The position numbers and the translations under genes were made by a program. From an uncultured delta proteobacterium (GTDB lineage: Bacteria > Desulfobacterota > Syntrophia > Syntrophales > UBA2185), in NCBI GenBank assembly GCA_963729715.1, contig CAVSPA010000004.1:96001-160000 (forward strand): a stretch of DNA of 64,000 bases, read 5' to 3'. The number at the start of each line of letters is the position of its first letter. Position 1 is the first letter of the stretch. Shown piece by piece: positions 9,682 to 19,317 of this stretch. The notes below the pieces were generated by a model. It did no database searches. It was not told the DNA's origin and saw only the letters and a program-made list of their open reading frames with translations.

Positions 9682-10959
9682 TTACATCCTTTCTCTGAAT
9701 GGGTATAGTACTTTATCATAAAGGTTGATGAATCGGTTCGCCACATTTGACCAATCATAGGCTTCTTTTGCTATATTGATATCAAGGATGGGAGGCGTCC
9801 CTCTTTCAAGAATATCGATGATAATTTTCGACCACTCAAGATAGTTGGTGGCAGGAAGAAAGCGCCCTGCACCGTGTTTTTGCAGCAATTCGGTCGTTTC
9901 ACCTACAACTGTCGACAATATTGGCAGTCTGCAAGCCATGGCTTTCATTATGGCTACAGAGCTACCCTCGGTGCTCGATGACGATACATATAAGTCAGAT
10001 ACCCAGTAAAGATCTCTAAGCTCCTCACCCGTCACATAAGGATGAAGGAGGGCTTTACCTTCCTTGGAGAGCTTGTCTATCAGGGTGGTGAGTCTATCCG
10101 TATTTGCTCTGTCTCCGTGCCCTGCTATAATCAAAAAGAAATCGTCACGCGCAATCAACGTGGAAAAGGTTTGTATTAGCCTATCGAATTGTTTTTCAGA
10201 CACAAAATTGCCGGTAGCCAGAAATACCGTTTTTCGTGGGTCTATATTTAATTTATGACGGGCCGATTGTATGGCAGCAAACGAGGGCGCGGGAATCCAA
10301 AAATCGAAATCGCAGCCCATTGTGAGCTTCATCGTGCGGCCATCATATACTTTTCTTAGTTCTCTTAATGAAGATGTGATGGGCGCAGAGATTACATCTA
10401 CGTATCGCATAATATTTCTTAGCCGTATATGTTCCACTGCAAGACACAGGTAAGTCAGAGGTCTATGCAAACCAAGCATTTCGCCTACAGGGGTATTCAA
10501 AGTGCCGTGCCCAATAATGAGTATGGGGAATTTCTTTACAGGTGCAAGTAACTTAATGATTTCATCATAAAACGGTATGCGGAACCCATGAAGCTGCAAA
10601 ATGAAAGAAGAACCTGCCAGATTCCTAAGGCGTGAAATTATCTCTGCAGAGTATATTCCCTTTGCTGTTCTGACCCCGGGACGATAAACTTTATCTGTAG
10701 CAGGGAAAAGGAGATGTCTCATTCCGGTACTCAAGGTCGTGGAATAAATTTTATCGGCGCGATAATCCGGTTGCCACACTTCCCAATCGTATCGCTCGGT
10801 CACTTTTAAAACGGCTTCACCCAATAAATCTGCCCACTCTCTGGGCCAAAATCCAAGCCAACTGCCATCAGATTTCTCCCAGAATATGTCCGGTTTTTCA
10901 TTGGGCGAAAAATGGTAAGCTGGACCATGCGGCATTATGTTAATGATTAGAGGCTTCAT
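9682..10959 (-). CDS. Glycosyltransferase family 4
   Basis: GNFVSEKQF and SDLYVSSSSTEGSSVAIMKAMACRLPI (GT-B C-terminal motif); ends YDWSNVA. Confidence 0.82.
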   Translation of the reverse strand: MKPLIINIMPHGPAYHFSPNEKPDIFWEKSDGSWLGFWPREWADLLGEAVLKVTERYDWEVWQPDYRADKIYSTTLSTGMRHLLFPATDKVYRPGVRTAKGIYSAEIISRLRNLAGSSFILQLHGFRIPFYDEIIKLLAPVKKFPILIIGHGTLNTPVGEMLGLHRPLTYLCLAVEHIRLRNIMRYVDVISAPITSSLRELRKVYDGRTMKLTMGCDFDFWIPAPSFAAIQSARHKLNIDPRKTVFLATGNFVSEKQFDRLIQTFSTLIARDDFFLIIAGHGDRANTDRLTTLIDKLSKEGKALLHPYVTGEELRDLYWVSDLYVSSSSTEGSSVAIMKAMACRLPILSTVVGETTELLQKHGAGRFLPATNYLEWSKIIIDILERGTPPILDINIAKEAYDWSNVANRFINLYDKVLYPFRERM

Positions 10960-11051
10960 TTACATCGTCTGGTTATTATCTGCCATTCCAACAGTGATGC
11001 AGCTCAAGTTTAAGTCGGTTTTGATCACGCTTCATCGCCTTCGAATTTTTT

Positions 11052-11738
11052 TCATTTAATTTTCAATAAATATTTTATCATTTTAGAAGTGAACGACGTT
11101 ACCCGCAGGAAGTTATTTCTCAACATCATACGCATTGAATATTTTCTATCAAAAGACCTAATGATTTTTTCATCTATATCCTTCACGCGACTTTCTGTGA
11201 TAATCGAATACAACGCAATGGGAGAAAGGTCATTCTCGATGAAATCAACTGGCTTCCTGGCTTTTAGAAATATCCCCGGACTGAATTTATCATATTCCAG
11301 TTTTTCGATGTTGAAATCTGAAAATATTTTTGTCATATCTTCAATATCATATCTCCAGAAATCATAAGGCCAAGCATGATATTCAGCTTCCTTTGTCCTT
11401 GTAGTTACTAATATTATGCCGTTCCTTTTACAGACATTCTTAAAGTTTGAAACTACCTTTCTCCAATCCTTCACGTGCTCAAGCATTTCTGTAGATATTA
11501 TGATATCGAAACTCACCTTGCCATATTTGTCCAATATCTCATCGGCGCTACAAATTTCGTCAACGCCTATTCCCTGCACAATATCTACACCCACATATTT
11601 AGCCGGACCCCAGGATTCAATAAGCGGGCGTAAACTGCCGTTAACGTTGCACGCTCCAACTTCCAATACATCCTTTCCTTCAACTTCTTCTTTAGTTAAA
11701 TTCATTGCCCCAAATAAAATGCAGAATGCATTACACAT
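11052..11738 (-). CDS. Class I SAM-dependent methyltransferase
   Basis: VLEVGACNVNGS, GVDI, STEMLEHV, YHAWPYDFWR. Confidence 0.82.
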   Translation of the reverse strand: MCNAFCILFGAMNLTKEEVEGKDVLEVGACNVNGSLRPLIESWGPAKYVGVDIVQGIGVDEICSADEILDKYGKVSFDIIISTEMLEHVKDWRKVVSNFKNVCKRNGIILVTTRTKEAEYHAWPYDFWRYDIEDMTKIFSDFNIEKLEYDKFSPGIFLKARKPVDFIENDLSPIALYSIITESRVKDIDEKIIRSFDRKYSMRMMLRNNFLRVTSFTSKMIKYLLKIK

Positions 11739-11866
11739 AAGTCAACTCTCTTATTAATTCAATCCTCAAGTATCATTCCCGCACTCGCATCGACGACACT
11801 GCCGGTGTAGAGCAGTTAGGGCACTATATGAATAAGCACCCGTGTGGATCGCTTGCGGGCATTCCT

Positions 11867-13072
11867 TCATTGAAAATACCATCGGCACTGGGGGAAAACT
11901 GGGCCGACTTTTTCTATAGGGAGCTGTCTCTTCGTTACCATATTCAGTACGTCAAAGATCATACAATCCTTATCGCCAAAGAAATTTTCTATCCCGTCAC
12001 CGAACCAGAGTGACAATCTATATGTGCCATTCAGCAATTGTGGATGTTCGACAATCACCTTCACTACGCCCTTGTAGCTGGGATTAACTACCTGGTCTTG
12101 AGGATGGTCGATCAGATTTGAGCCACAAATTGGATTGCCGAAGTAATCGCTTATGATGAAACCAAGAACGGGTATCTTAATTTCCTTCTCAAGCTGATAT
12201 TCAAAGACGATTTCTATAATATTACCTTTCTGTTGGACTTTTGCCCTGTTCAGAGGTTCGGCTTTAAACACTATTTCGTTCAAGCTGGATTGACCAAGAT
12301 AGAGATTGATTCCTTCCACCACACTGAGTGGACCTCTTGCATTTCCTTCCGAAAGAAAGATTGCCTTATTGCACAAGGAGGCAATCGCGTTCATGTTGTG
12401 ACTAACAAATAGCACCGTTCTTCCTTCTCTTGCTACATCGCCCATTTTCCCCAAACATTTTTTTTGAAATGATGTATCTCCCACCGCCAACACCTCATCG
12501 ACGAGGAGGATTTCCGGTTCAAGGTGTGCTGCTACTGCAAACGCAAGACGCATGTACATGCCAGAAGAATAATATTTGACAGGCGTATTAATGAATCTTT
12601 CTACTTCTGCAAAAGTTACAATTTCACTAAATTTGCGACTGATTTCATTACTGCTCATGCCGAGCACTGTCCCACTTAGATAGATATTCTCTTCTCCGGT
12701 GAGTTCGGAATGGAATCCGGTGCCAACTTCCAAAAGAGAACCGATTCTACCGCGAATTCGCGCACGCCCTTCCGTCGGTTCGGTAATACGGGAAAGAATT
12801 TTAAGAAGAGTACTTTTGCCCGCGCCGTTCCTCCCTATGATGCCAATTATCTCGCCGCGTTTGACTTCAAAGTTTACACCTCTTAACGCCCAGATGAATT
12901 CCGACGGGTTTACATCGTTTGAAACGGGTGGCGAGAAAGCGTTTCTGATTTGGCGAAAGGGCGCTGCAGCCAGATCTAAAAGAGCTTCCCGGAAGGTCTT
13001 GTCGCGGTCCTCGGGAGATCCGATACGGTACAGTTTTCCGAGATTTTCAACCTGAATAACGATGTCGTTCAT
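11867..13072 (-). CDS. wzt: Polysaccharide ABC exporter ATPase with C-terminal Wzt_C-like domain
   Basis: GRNGAGKST Walker A, YSSGMYMRLAF signature, LLVDEVLAVGD Walker B, plus a beta-rich C-terminal extension. Confidence 0.93.
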   Translation of the reverse strand: MNDIVIQVENLGKLYRIGSPEDRDKTFREALLDLAAAPFRQIRNAFSPPVSNDVNPSEFIWALRGVNFEVKRGEIIGIIGRNGAGKSTLLKILSRITEPTEGRARIRGRIGSLLEVGTGFHSELTGEENIYLSGTVLGMSSNEISRKFSEIVTFAEVERFINTPVKYYSSGMYMRLAFAVAAHLEPEILLVDEVLAVGDTSFQKKCLGKMGDVAREGRTVLFVSHNMNAIASLCNKAIFLSEGNARGPLSVVEGINLYLGQSSLNEIVFKAEPLNRAKVQQKGNIIEIVFEYQLEKEIKIPVLGFIISDYFGNPICGSNLIDHPQDQVVNPSYKGVVKVIVEHPQLLNGTYRLSLWFGDGIENFFGDKDCMIFDVLNMVTKRQLPIEKVGPVFPQCRWYFQ

Positions 13073-13144
13073 ATTCTTACTGTGGGCATATTACGTGTTG
13101 CATCTCGTTCCTGGAATCTTAGTACATCATTTCATTATTAAGGT

Positions 13145-13244
13145 GTCATATCGACCGAAGGGAGATGTCTTTTAGTTTTACCTTCATATTAAGATTTCTC
13201 GCTGCCCCTTCGCGATGCTCAGGGCTTCGGCTCACCGAAATGAC
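13145..13244. repeat. Short palindromic (REP/RPE-like) element
   Basis: Ends are GTCATATCGACCGAAGGGAGA and CGAAATGAC; same family as 15789-15812 and 20607-20632. Confidence 0.75.
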
Positions 13245-13261
13245 AATGATAGTATTGTGGG

Positions 13262-14098
13262 TTAGATGATATCGGCGAATCGCCGTTCCATTCGTGTGAA
13301 ATAAACAATCCCCATGATAAACAACGCAATGCTCACCGCTACTGAAATAACGAGGTCGCTCCAGAGGATGGGCGTGTTGAGAAGTGAAGATCGAAAGGCT
13401 GTGATCAGCCCGGCCATGGGGTTAAGGTTAATCAGCCATCGCCAACGCTCAGGAACGATGCTTGAAGGATAAATTACCGGTGTTGCGAAGAGCCAGAACT
13501 GGACAAGAAATGGAATGACGTATCGGAAATCCCGGTAGGCAACATTCAGTGCGGAAAGAATCATTCCAATTCCAAGGGTTGCTATAATGACTCCGAGCAT
13601 CAAAAGTGGAAGTAAGAAAAGACTCCACCCTGGATATATTCCGTAATAAAACATCATCACAATAAGAATAATAAAGGCGACAAAAAAATCGAGTAATCCG
13701 GATCCGAGGGATGCTGCCGGTATAATTATTCTCGGGAAATATACTTTTGATATTAAGTTGCTGCTTGCCAACACACTATTTCCCGCATTGCTGATCCCGT
13801 TACTGAAGAACTGCCAGGGTAGAAGAGCCGTGTAAACAAATATGGGGTAGGGAATATTATCCGATGGAATCTTTGCCAGCATGCCGAAGAAGATAGTAAA
13901 TACCACCATGCTCATGAACGGCTGCAGAATTGCCCATAACCCACCTAACACAGTCTGTTTGTAACGGACCTTTATATCGCGGATTGTTAAAAAATGTAAC
14001 AACTCGCGGTATCGCCACAGTTCCTTCCATTGCAGGGAAGACCAGAATTTTCTGGGTTCTATAATTGTGATGTCGGATTGATTATTTCCCATAGTCAT
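13262..14098 (-). CDS. wzm: Polysaccharide ABC exporter permease
   Basis: RDIKVRYKQTVLG, LISKVYFPR, LNPMAGLITAFR; about six TM segments; adjacent to wzt. Confidence 0.93.
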   Translation of the reverse strand: MTMGNNQSDITIIEPRKFWSSLQWKELWRYRELLHFLTIRDIKVRYKQTVLGGLWAILQPFMSMVVFTIFFGMLAKIPSDNIPYPIFVYTALLPWQFFSNGISNAGNSVLASSNLISKVYFPRIIIPAASLGSGLLDFFVAFIILIVMMFYYGIYPGWSLFLLPLLMLGVIIATLGIGMILSALNVAYRDFRYVIPFLVQFWLFATPVIYPSSIVPERWRWLINLNPMAGLITAFRSSLLNTPILWSDLVISVAVSIALFIMGIVYFTRMERRFADII

Positions 14099-14119
14099 TT
14101 CCCCGAATTAAAATCTCTT

Positions 14120-15526
14120 CTAACTGAGGGATTCATTTGCGACAACATTGTCTGCGGCAACCTCTATTGATGGAATCATGATAATCATGGCCGTCAAGAA
14201 CCAGAAAGGTTCCATGATACGGACGATAATGAAAGTATTAGTGCCGATGCCGTGGGTGACCATGGCAACAAATCCTGCAAGATAACCGAGCGAAAGACCG
14301 CTAAAAAGCGGGTCTGCGGTCCCCCTGTAGGTATGCAATGCATTCATATAGATGGAAAGAAGAAGAATGAAGAAAGTGAGAAATCCCAGGAGTCCTGTCT
14401 CGGCGAGCACCCGTGGATATTGCGCATCCAGAAAACGGTATCCCGTAATGCCATAGCCAAGTATCGGCTGACTGATAAAATCTTTTTCAAGAGCATCTTT
14501 CCAAGACTTAAGCCTGGCGGAAGTTGAGGTGTCAAGCCTTGTATTGCCGACGGTGATCTGTCCGGCTTCTCGCGGCTGAGTAAAAGTAAAAGATACCCTT
14601 TCTATAACACTTTTTGGCAAGATAAATGAGGATGCGAGAAAAATAATGATTAATGCGACAATAATGGGCCACTTTCTCTTACTAAAATAAAGCAGTGTCA
14701 TGACCATGGGAATAAGTGAAACCCAGGAGGCTCTGGAAAGTGTTGCGGCAAGGGAAATAAGGATTAAAAAGAAGAGGGTGCCCAAAAATATTTTTTGTTT
14801 TTTGGAGCGGCCATAGCCTAGTAAAAGACCCAGGACGATGGAGAGCATAAGAACAAGATAGCCCCCAAGCGTATTTGGTTCGCCTTCCGGGCCTTCAAAT
14901 GGTGCAGAGACGCGTCCACCGGCCGGTATTTGATAGATAGCAACTATGCAAATGACAAAGCAAACAAGGAGGATGGTAAACAGGAACCGCTCAATTTGTT
15001 TTTTCTCCTTGAGATGGTTTACGGCAATGAAGTATATGATAAAGTATTCAAAGTATTTCAAAAGAAAGAAGAATCCCGTGAGTCCTTTTACTCTTCCCAT
15101 CATATATCCAATGAGTGTTGAAATCAGGCAGACTATGAAATAGTATGTAATAGGTCCGTTTAGGGGCGTTCTGAGAAAGAGCCCTAATTCTTTCCTAATA
15201 GCTGTTCTCAGAAACCAGCTCAGTCCGATTATGACCAGGAGAAAGTCGTCCATGCGTAAGGTTAGCCCGCGTCCGCGGCCGGGCAATTCTGTCGGTTCTC
15301 CGATTATAAACTGCGGTCCGAGGAGCATGGAAACGATCAGGATATAGAGGGCGATTTCTGTATTGATAAAACTCACGATACCGATGATAACAGCGGCGAT
15401 TACCGCAAAGGCAAGGCCGGTTGACGCCTTCGCAATTAACAGCCCTCCCGCCATCGTTATTAGGAAGATCGTTATGAGGAATAATACGGTCTTTGGATCG
15501 ATAGCTGCTTGTGTGAGTCTATTCAT
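14120..15526 (-). CDS. O-antigen ligase/polymerase (Wzy_C) family protein
   Basis: About 12 TM segments; RVSAPF..EPNTLGGYL, TLSRASW, periplasmic loop SARLKSW...PILGYG...LAETGLLG. Confidence 0.82.
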   Translation of the reverse strand: MNRLTQAAIDPKTVLFLITIFLITMAGGLLIAKASTGLAFAVIAAVIIGIVSFINTEIALYILIVSMLLGPQFIIGEPTELPGRGRGLTLRMDDFLLVIIGLSWFLRTAIRKELGLFLRTPLNGPITYYFIVCLISTLIGYMMGRVKGLTGFFFLLKYFEYFIIYFIAVNHLKEKKQIERFLFTILLVCFVICIVAIYQIPAGGRVSAPFEGPEGEPNTLGGYLVLMLSIVLGLLLGYGRSKKQKIFLGTLFFLILISLAATLSRASWVSLIPMVMTLLYFSKRKWPIIVALIIIFLASSFILPKSVIERVSFTFTQPREAGQITVGNTRLDTSTSARLKSWKDALEKDFISQPILGYGITGYRFLDAQYPRVLAETGLLGFLTFFILLLSIYMNALHTYRGTADPLFSGLSLGYLAGFVAMVTHGIGTNTFIIVRIMEPFWFLTAMIIMIPSIEVAADNVVANESLS

Positions 15527-15569
15527 GTCGGTGGAATCTGATTGTTTGGTGTTTGATAGTCAAAGAACT

Positions 15570-15997
15570 GGATTCCCGCGTGCGCGGGAATGACACGGGT
15601 GGATGGATTCCCGCCGGAGCCTGCCCTCGAATGTATCAGTCGGGGGCGGGAATGACATTGGCGGATGTATTCGCGCTTACGACTGTGTGTAGTGAGCCTT
15701 CTTTGTCATTCCGGTGAACCGAAGGCCTGAACATGGTGAAGGGGCATGTGAGGAATCTTAAAGATCCCTCTCTTCGCTCTGGACAAAAATTTCTCCCTTC
15801 GGTCGAAATGACAGAAGGGGGGACGGCATGACAGACTTTTCTTTCTTGTCATTTCGAGTGCAGCGAGAAATCTTTTTCTCCTTCTCACCCCCTGGATGAA
15901 AGGGGGTCGGGTGGATTTTTACCCACTATCAGAAATCCCCTGTAGCCCCCTTTGTCAAAGGGGGCAGGAAGTAATGACAGAAGGGGGTCGAAATGAC
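15570..15997. repeat. Cluster of tandem palindromic REP-like elements, at least three families
   Basis: ATTCCC-N8-GGGAAT at 15572-15591; 52-nt GGATTCCCGC...GGGAATGAC unit at 15605-15656; GTCATTTCGA-family units at 15789-15812, 15848-15873 and 15987-15997; CCCCCT..AGGGGG hairpins at 15888-15906 and 15946-15964. Confidence 0.85.
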
Positions 15998-16014
15998 ATA
16001 GTCGAAACCGGTCT

Positions 16015-16203
16015 TTATTTCTTTCCCTCAGTGGCTCCTTTTTCTTGTTCATATACGCCTCTATCCGCGGAGTTATAGAATGTTTCAATAATAACAGAAA
16101 TGCTGCCGGTAAATGCGCTGAGTACAAGAGAAACGACTGCTATTACGAGCAGCCAGAAGAAAGTCCTTCTTCTTGTGAGGAAATCTCTCGCACGTCGCTT
16201 CAT
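16015..16203 (-). CDS. Small single-pass membrane protein (hypothetical, 62 aa)
   Basis: Basic N-terminus, one hydrophobic helix, charged tail; same orientation as the operon; weak purine-rich RBS. Confidence 0.5.
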   Translation of the reverse strand: MKRRARDFLTRRRTFFWLLVIAVVSLVLSAFTGSISVIIETFYNSADRGVYEQEKGATEGKK

Positions 16204-16303
16204 TAGTTTCTCTTCTCGATCGGCGCGTCACTCACGGTGGTCGTTTGTTTCTGTGGGTATCGGGTGCGTATTTGTTCCGCGGCGTGAAAACTGAGAAGTG
16301 GAA

Positions 16304-19303
16304 TTAATTCTTCATTGTTCCATCAACAGGGAATAGCCGGGGCGCGTATACATAACCAAGCGTTCTCTTCAAATCGCGCTTTTTCTCTTTAACGTTGAAT
16401 ACCGCGTACCAGTCATCATCAAGGAAGTCCGCCTTGACCCTCTGTCCCGGTTGAAGCTGACTTCTTATCCGGGAGTCGATTGAACGGTCTGCCCTGACGT
16501 TGGTCTTGTCTTTCGCATACAGGATAACGCCCCAGTCCTTGTTATCGGCCGTCTTGGGAAGCGCCGCCTGCATGGGTATCGACTCCTTGGGAGGCGCTAA
16601 TTGTAAGGGTGTTGCCGGTGGCTGGCTGCTCTCAGCTACAGGTTTCTTTTCTTCTATGGATATTGGCTTTTCTTGAGGTTTTGTTTGCGTCGCACTTGCC
16701 GGCTGCTGCGTGTTCTCTTGAGAAGTTTTCTTTTCCTCACTGACAGGTTTTGGGGATTCACCCCAGGGCAAAATATTTTTTACATCGTATTGAATAACGC
16801 GGGTCTGAAACAGGATGCCGAGAATCAGGAATAAAAGAGCAAATAAGAAAATTACGATTTTCAATCCTGAAATTTTCGCTTCAGTTCTTTCTGGCGCTGG
16901 CTTCTGTGCCTCATCATGCTGCGTCGGTTTCGTTTCAACTTCGACCGCGGGCGCAGGTACAGCCATGGGTTCAGGTACGGGCGCAGCTACCGGTGCGGGT
17001 GCAGCTACAGAGGCAGGAGCGGGGGCAGCGGTAGGAGCAGGCTCTTCCTGCTTGACAGCCACTTTGGATACAATTGATTTGAGATAATCCGTTATCGTTT
17101 GAGGCAGCGCAGCGATCTTTTCTGCGAGCGATGGCTTTCGCAGTGTCTTATCACCGTAGTAGTAATAATACTTCTTGTCACGGTAAGCAAAATCAGGGCT
17201 GATATCCGCTTTTAAACCGTTGAGGACAACACCAAAAATTTTCGCACCCACATGGTCAAGCTGTGCCTTGGCCCGCTTGAGGGCGCCTCTGGCAATTTTT
17301 CCCACCTGATATACAATGATTGCGCCGTCTGCGACGGAACTCCATATCGATGCCTCGGTAGCGGCCAATACGGGAGGTGCATCTATCAGTATAATGTCAT
17401 ATTCCGAAGAGGCCTGCTTGATAAGTTCAGGCACGAGCTTTGAGTTGACGAGCTCGGCGGGATTGGGGGCCGCCGAGCCGCCGGTGATTATGTGGAGATT
17501 GTCCATACCGGGGGTCAGCATAATCTCATCCATGCTCATCTTGCCCGTTATAAAATCTGTGATTGTCCTGACAACACTCCTCCATTCATAGTTGCCTAAA
17601 ATTACATCGGCCAGTCCGGGCACAGGTTCGATGCCAAACAGCTTAGCTATGACGGCCCTCCTGAGGTCTCCTTCAATGAGGAGCACCTTGCTGCCGCCCT
17701 GAGCCATGGTTATGGCAAGATTGACGGCTACGGTAGTCTTGCCTTCCTCGGGTGAAGAACTCGTGAAAACTACCGACTTTATGCTCTTATCGAGATTCAG
17801 AAAATTAAGGTTTGTCCTGAGGGCCCTGTAATTTTCCGCCGAGGTTGATGAAGGCAGGAAGTGCGATATGAGCCTATTCGTTTTCTTTATAGTATCGTCA
17901 TCTGGTGTTTTAGAGTATTTGTCCTGAAGAGTCGCCTTGAGTTCATCATGGTTGACCTGCGGTATAATCCCCAGGACTCTTACGCCCAGAAAGTCTTCCA
18001 CTTCTTCGATGGCCTCGAATGATGTATCGAAGGTTTCCATGATGAACGCGAAGACAATGCCCATAATCAGTCCGATAATCAATCCGATAATTGTATGGGA
18101 AGTAACCTTGGGCGGATTGACAGGTGTTGTGGGTTCAAGGGCCGGCCTTACGACCTTTACCTCTTCTATCTTTTCCGCCTCTTGAATCAATGCCTCCTGA
18201 TACTTCTTTTGCAGCAGGGAATACACTTCCCTGTTAACGCCCGCCTCCCTCTCCAGTCTGACCAGTTCCAGACCTTTTTCCGGAAGCTTCCGGAGCTGCT
18301 CGTCCGTAGCGCCGATCTGCTGCTTTAAACTCCTGATGTTTGATTCCAGATACCTTTTCTGCGAGGACAATTGCGACCGCATGCTCGTGATTATTTCATG
18401 GGACTGATTCTTGATTTCGTGAATCTGAGGGAAGGCTTCTGTATATGTAAGAAGAAGGGTGTCCCTCTCGAGCATGAGCTGAACTAATTTGTCATTGAGG
18501 TTCTTATAGATCGGCGTTGCTTCCTCAAAATAGAAAGAGCTTTTTGATGTGAGAGGTTTCTCTTCGGCTGTCGCAAGGGCTTGTTCCACCGCACTGACCT
18601 TCTGAAGTGTTGACGTGTCAAGATCGTATTGGGCCTGGAGTTTGGATGATTGGGCGAGTGAGGCCGTGGACTGCGCGTCAATGGATATCAGTTTGCTGTT
18701 CTCTCTGTAATCCCGCACCTGATCTTCTGATTTGGCGACTTTCTCCCTCACGATGTTGAGCTGATTTTCTATAAATGTCTTGGCCTCGAATGTCCTCTTG
18801 TTGATATCGACCAGATGCTCTTCTTTATAGACCTGAGCGATCGTGTTGGCGAAACGTTGCGCAAACTTGGGGTCTTCAGATGTCACGTTTATGGTGATAA
18901 TATCGGTATTGCCTTCTTGTTCCGTTGTGACGTTAGCCTTAAGATCCAATATAACCCTGAGATATTCGCTATTGCTGCGTATCTGTTCGGAAGTAAGATT
19001 GGCCGGTATCAAATTGAGCTTTTTGGCAACTGACTCCAAGATAATGTAGCTCCTTATCACGGAAGCCTGCGTCTCCAGGTAATTGGTGGAAGACCACGGA
19101 AAAGTTTGTGAGTAGAGGCCGGTGAGTGAGCCGGTCTTTTCAATCTTGATGCTGGCGCTTGTTTTATATATGGGGAGAGGCTGTCCCAATAGGGCCCAGA
19201 CAAGACTGAAAAATGCCATCGACGCCGCTGTAAAGAGGACAATGAACTTCCGCTTTCTGACGGTGCGCCAGTAATCTCTCAGATTAAGATCATATTGGGC
19301 CAT
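16304..19303 (-). CDS. wzc: Polysaccharide co-polymerase/BY-kinase with extra C-terminal TM and SH3b-like domain
   Basis: Wzz-type N-terminus DLNLRDYW, coiled coil, AENYRALRTNL, SSSPEEGKTT, LLIEGDLRR, ILIDAPP, tyrosine cluster KKYYYYYG. Start taken as ATG 19303. Confidence 0.9.
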   Translation of the reverse strand: MAQYDLNLRDYWRTVRKRKFIVLFTAASMAFFSLVWALLGQPLPIYKTSASIKIEKTGSLTGLYSQTFPWSSTNYLETQASVIRSYIILESVAKKLNLIPANLTSEQIRSNSEYLRVILDLKANVTTEQEGNTDIITINVTSEDPKFAQRFANTIAQVYKEEHLVDINKRTFEAKTFIENQLNIVREKVAKSEDQVRDYRENSKLISIDAQSTASLAQSSKLQAQYDLDTSTLQKVSAVEQALATAEEKPLTSKSSFYFEEATPIYKNLNDKLVQLMLERDTLLLTYTEAFPQIHEIKNQSHEIITSMRSQLSSQKRYLESNIRSLKQQIGATDEQLRKLPEKGLELVRLEREAGVNREVYSLLQKKYQEALIQEAEKIEEVKVVRPALEPTTPVNPPKVTSHTIIGLIIGLIMGIVFAFIMETFDTSFEAIEEVEDFLGVRVLGIIPQVNHDELKATLQDKYSKTPDDDTIKKTNRLISHFLPSSTSAENYRALRTNLNFLNLDKSIKSVVFTSSSPEEGKTTVAVNLAITMAQGGSKVLLIEGDLRRAVIAKLFGIEPVPGLADVILGNYEWRSVVRTITDFITGKMSMDEIMLTPGMDNLHIITGGSAAPNPAELVNSKLVPELIKQASSEYDIILIDAPPVLAATEASIWSSVADGAIIVYQVGKIARGALKRAKAQLDHVGAKIFGVVLNGLKADISPDFAYRDKKYYYYYGDKTLRKPSLAEKIAALPQTITDYLKSIVSKVAVKQEEPAPTAAPAPASVAAPAPVAAPVPEPMAVPAPAVEVETKPTQHDEAQKPAPERTEAKISGLKIVIFLFALLFLILGILFQTRVIQYDVKNILPWGESPKPVSEEKKTSQENTQQPASATQTKPQEKPISIEEKKPVAESSQPPATPLQLAPPKESIPMQAALPKTADNKDWGVILYAKDKTNVRADRSIDSRIRSQLQPGQRVKADFLDDDWYAVFNVKEKKRDLKRTLGYVYAPRLFPVDGTMKN

Positions 19304-19317
19304 TGCGCGTGATTCTC

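Noticed and set aside
15570..15997. Possible CRISPR array
   Set aside because: The repeats are heterogeneous, lie in both orientations and are irregularly spaced, and no cas genes are present.
15706..16127. Short ORFs 15706-15888, 15885-16127 and 15896-16078
   Set aside because: They are translations of the palindromic repeats, with no protein features.
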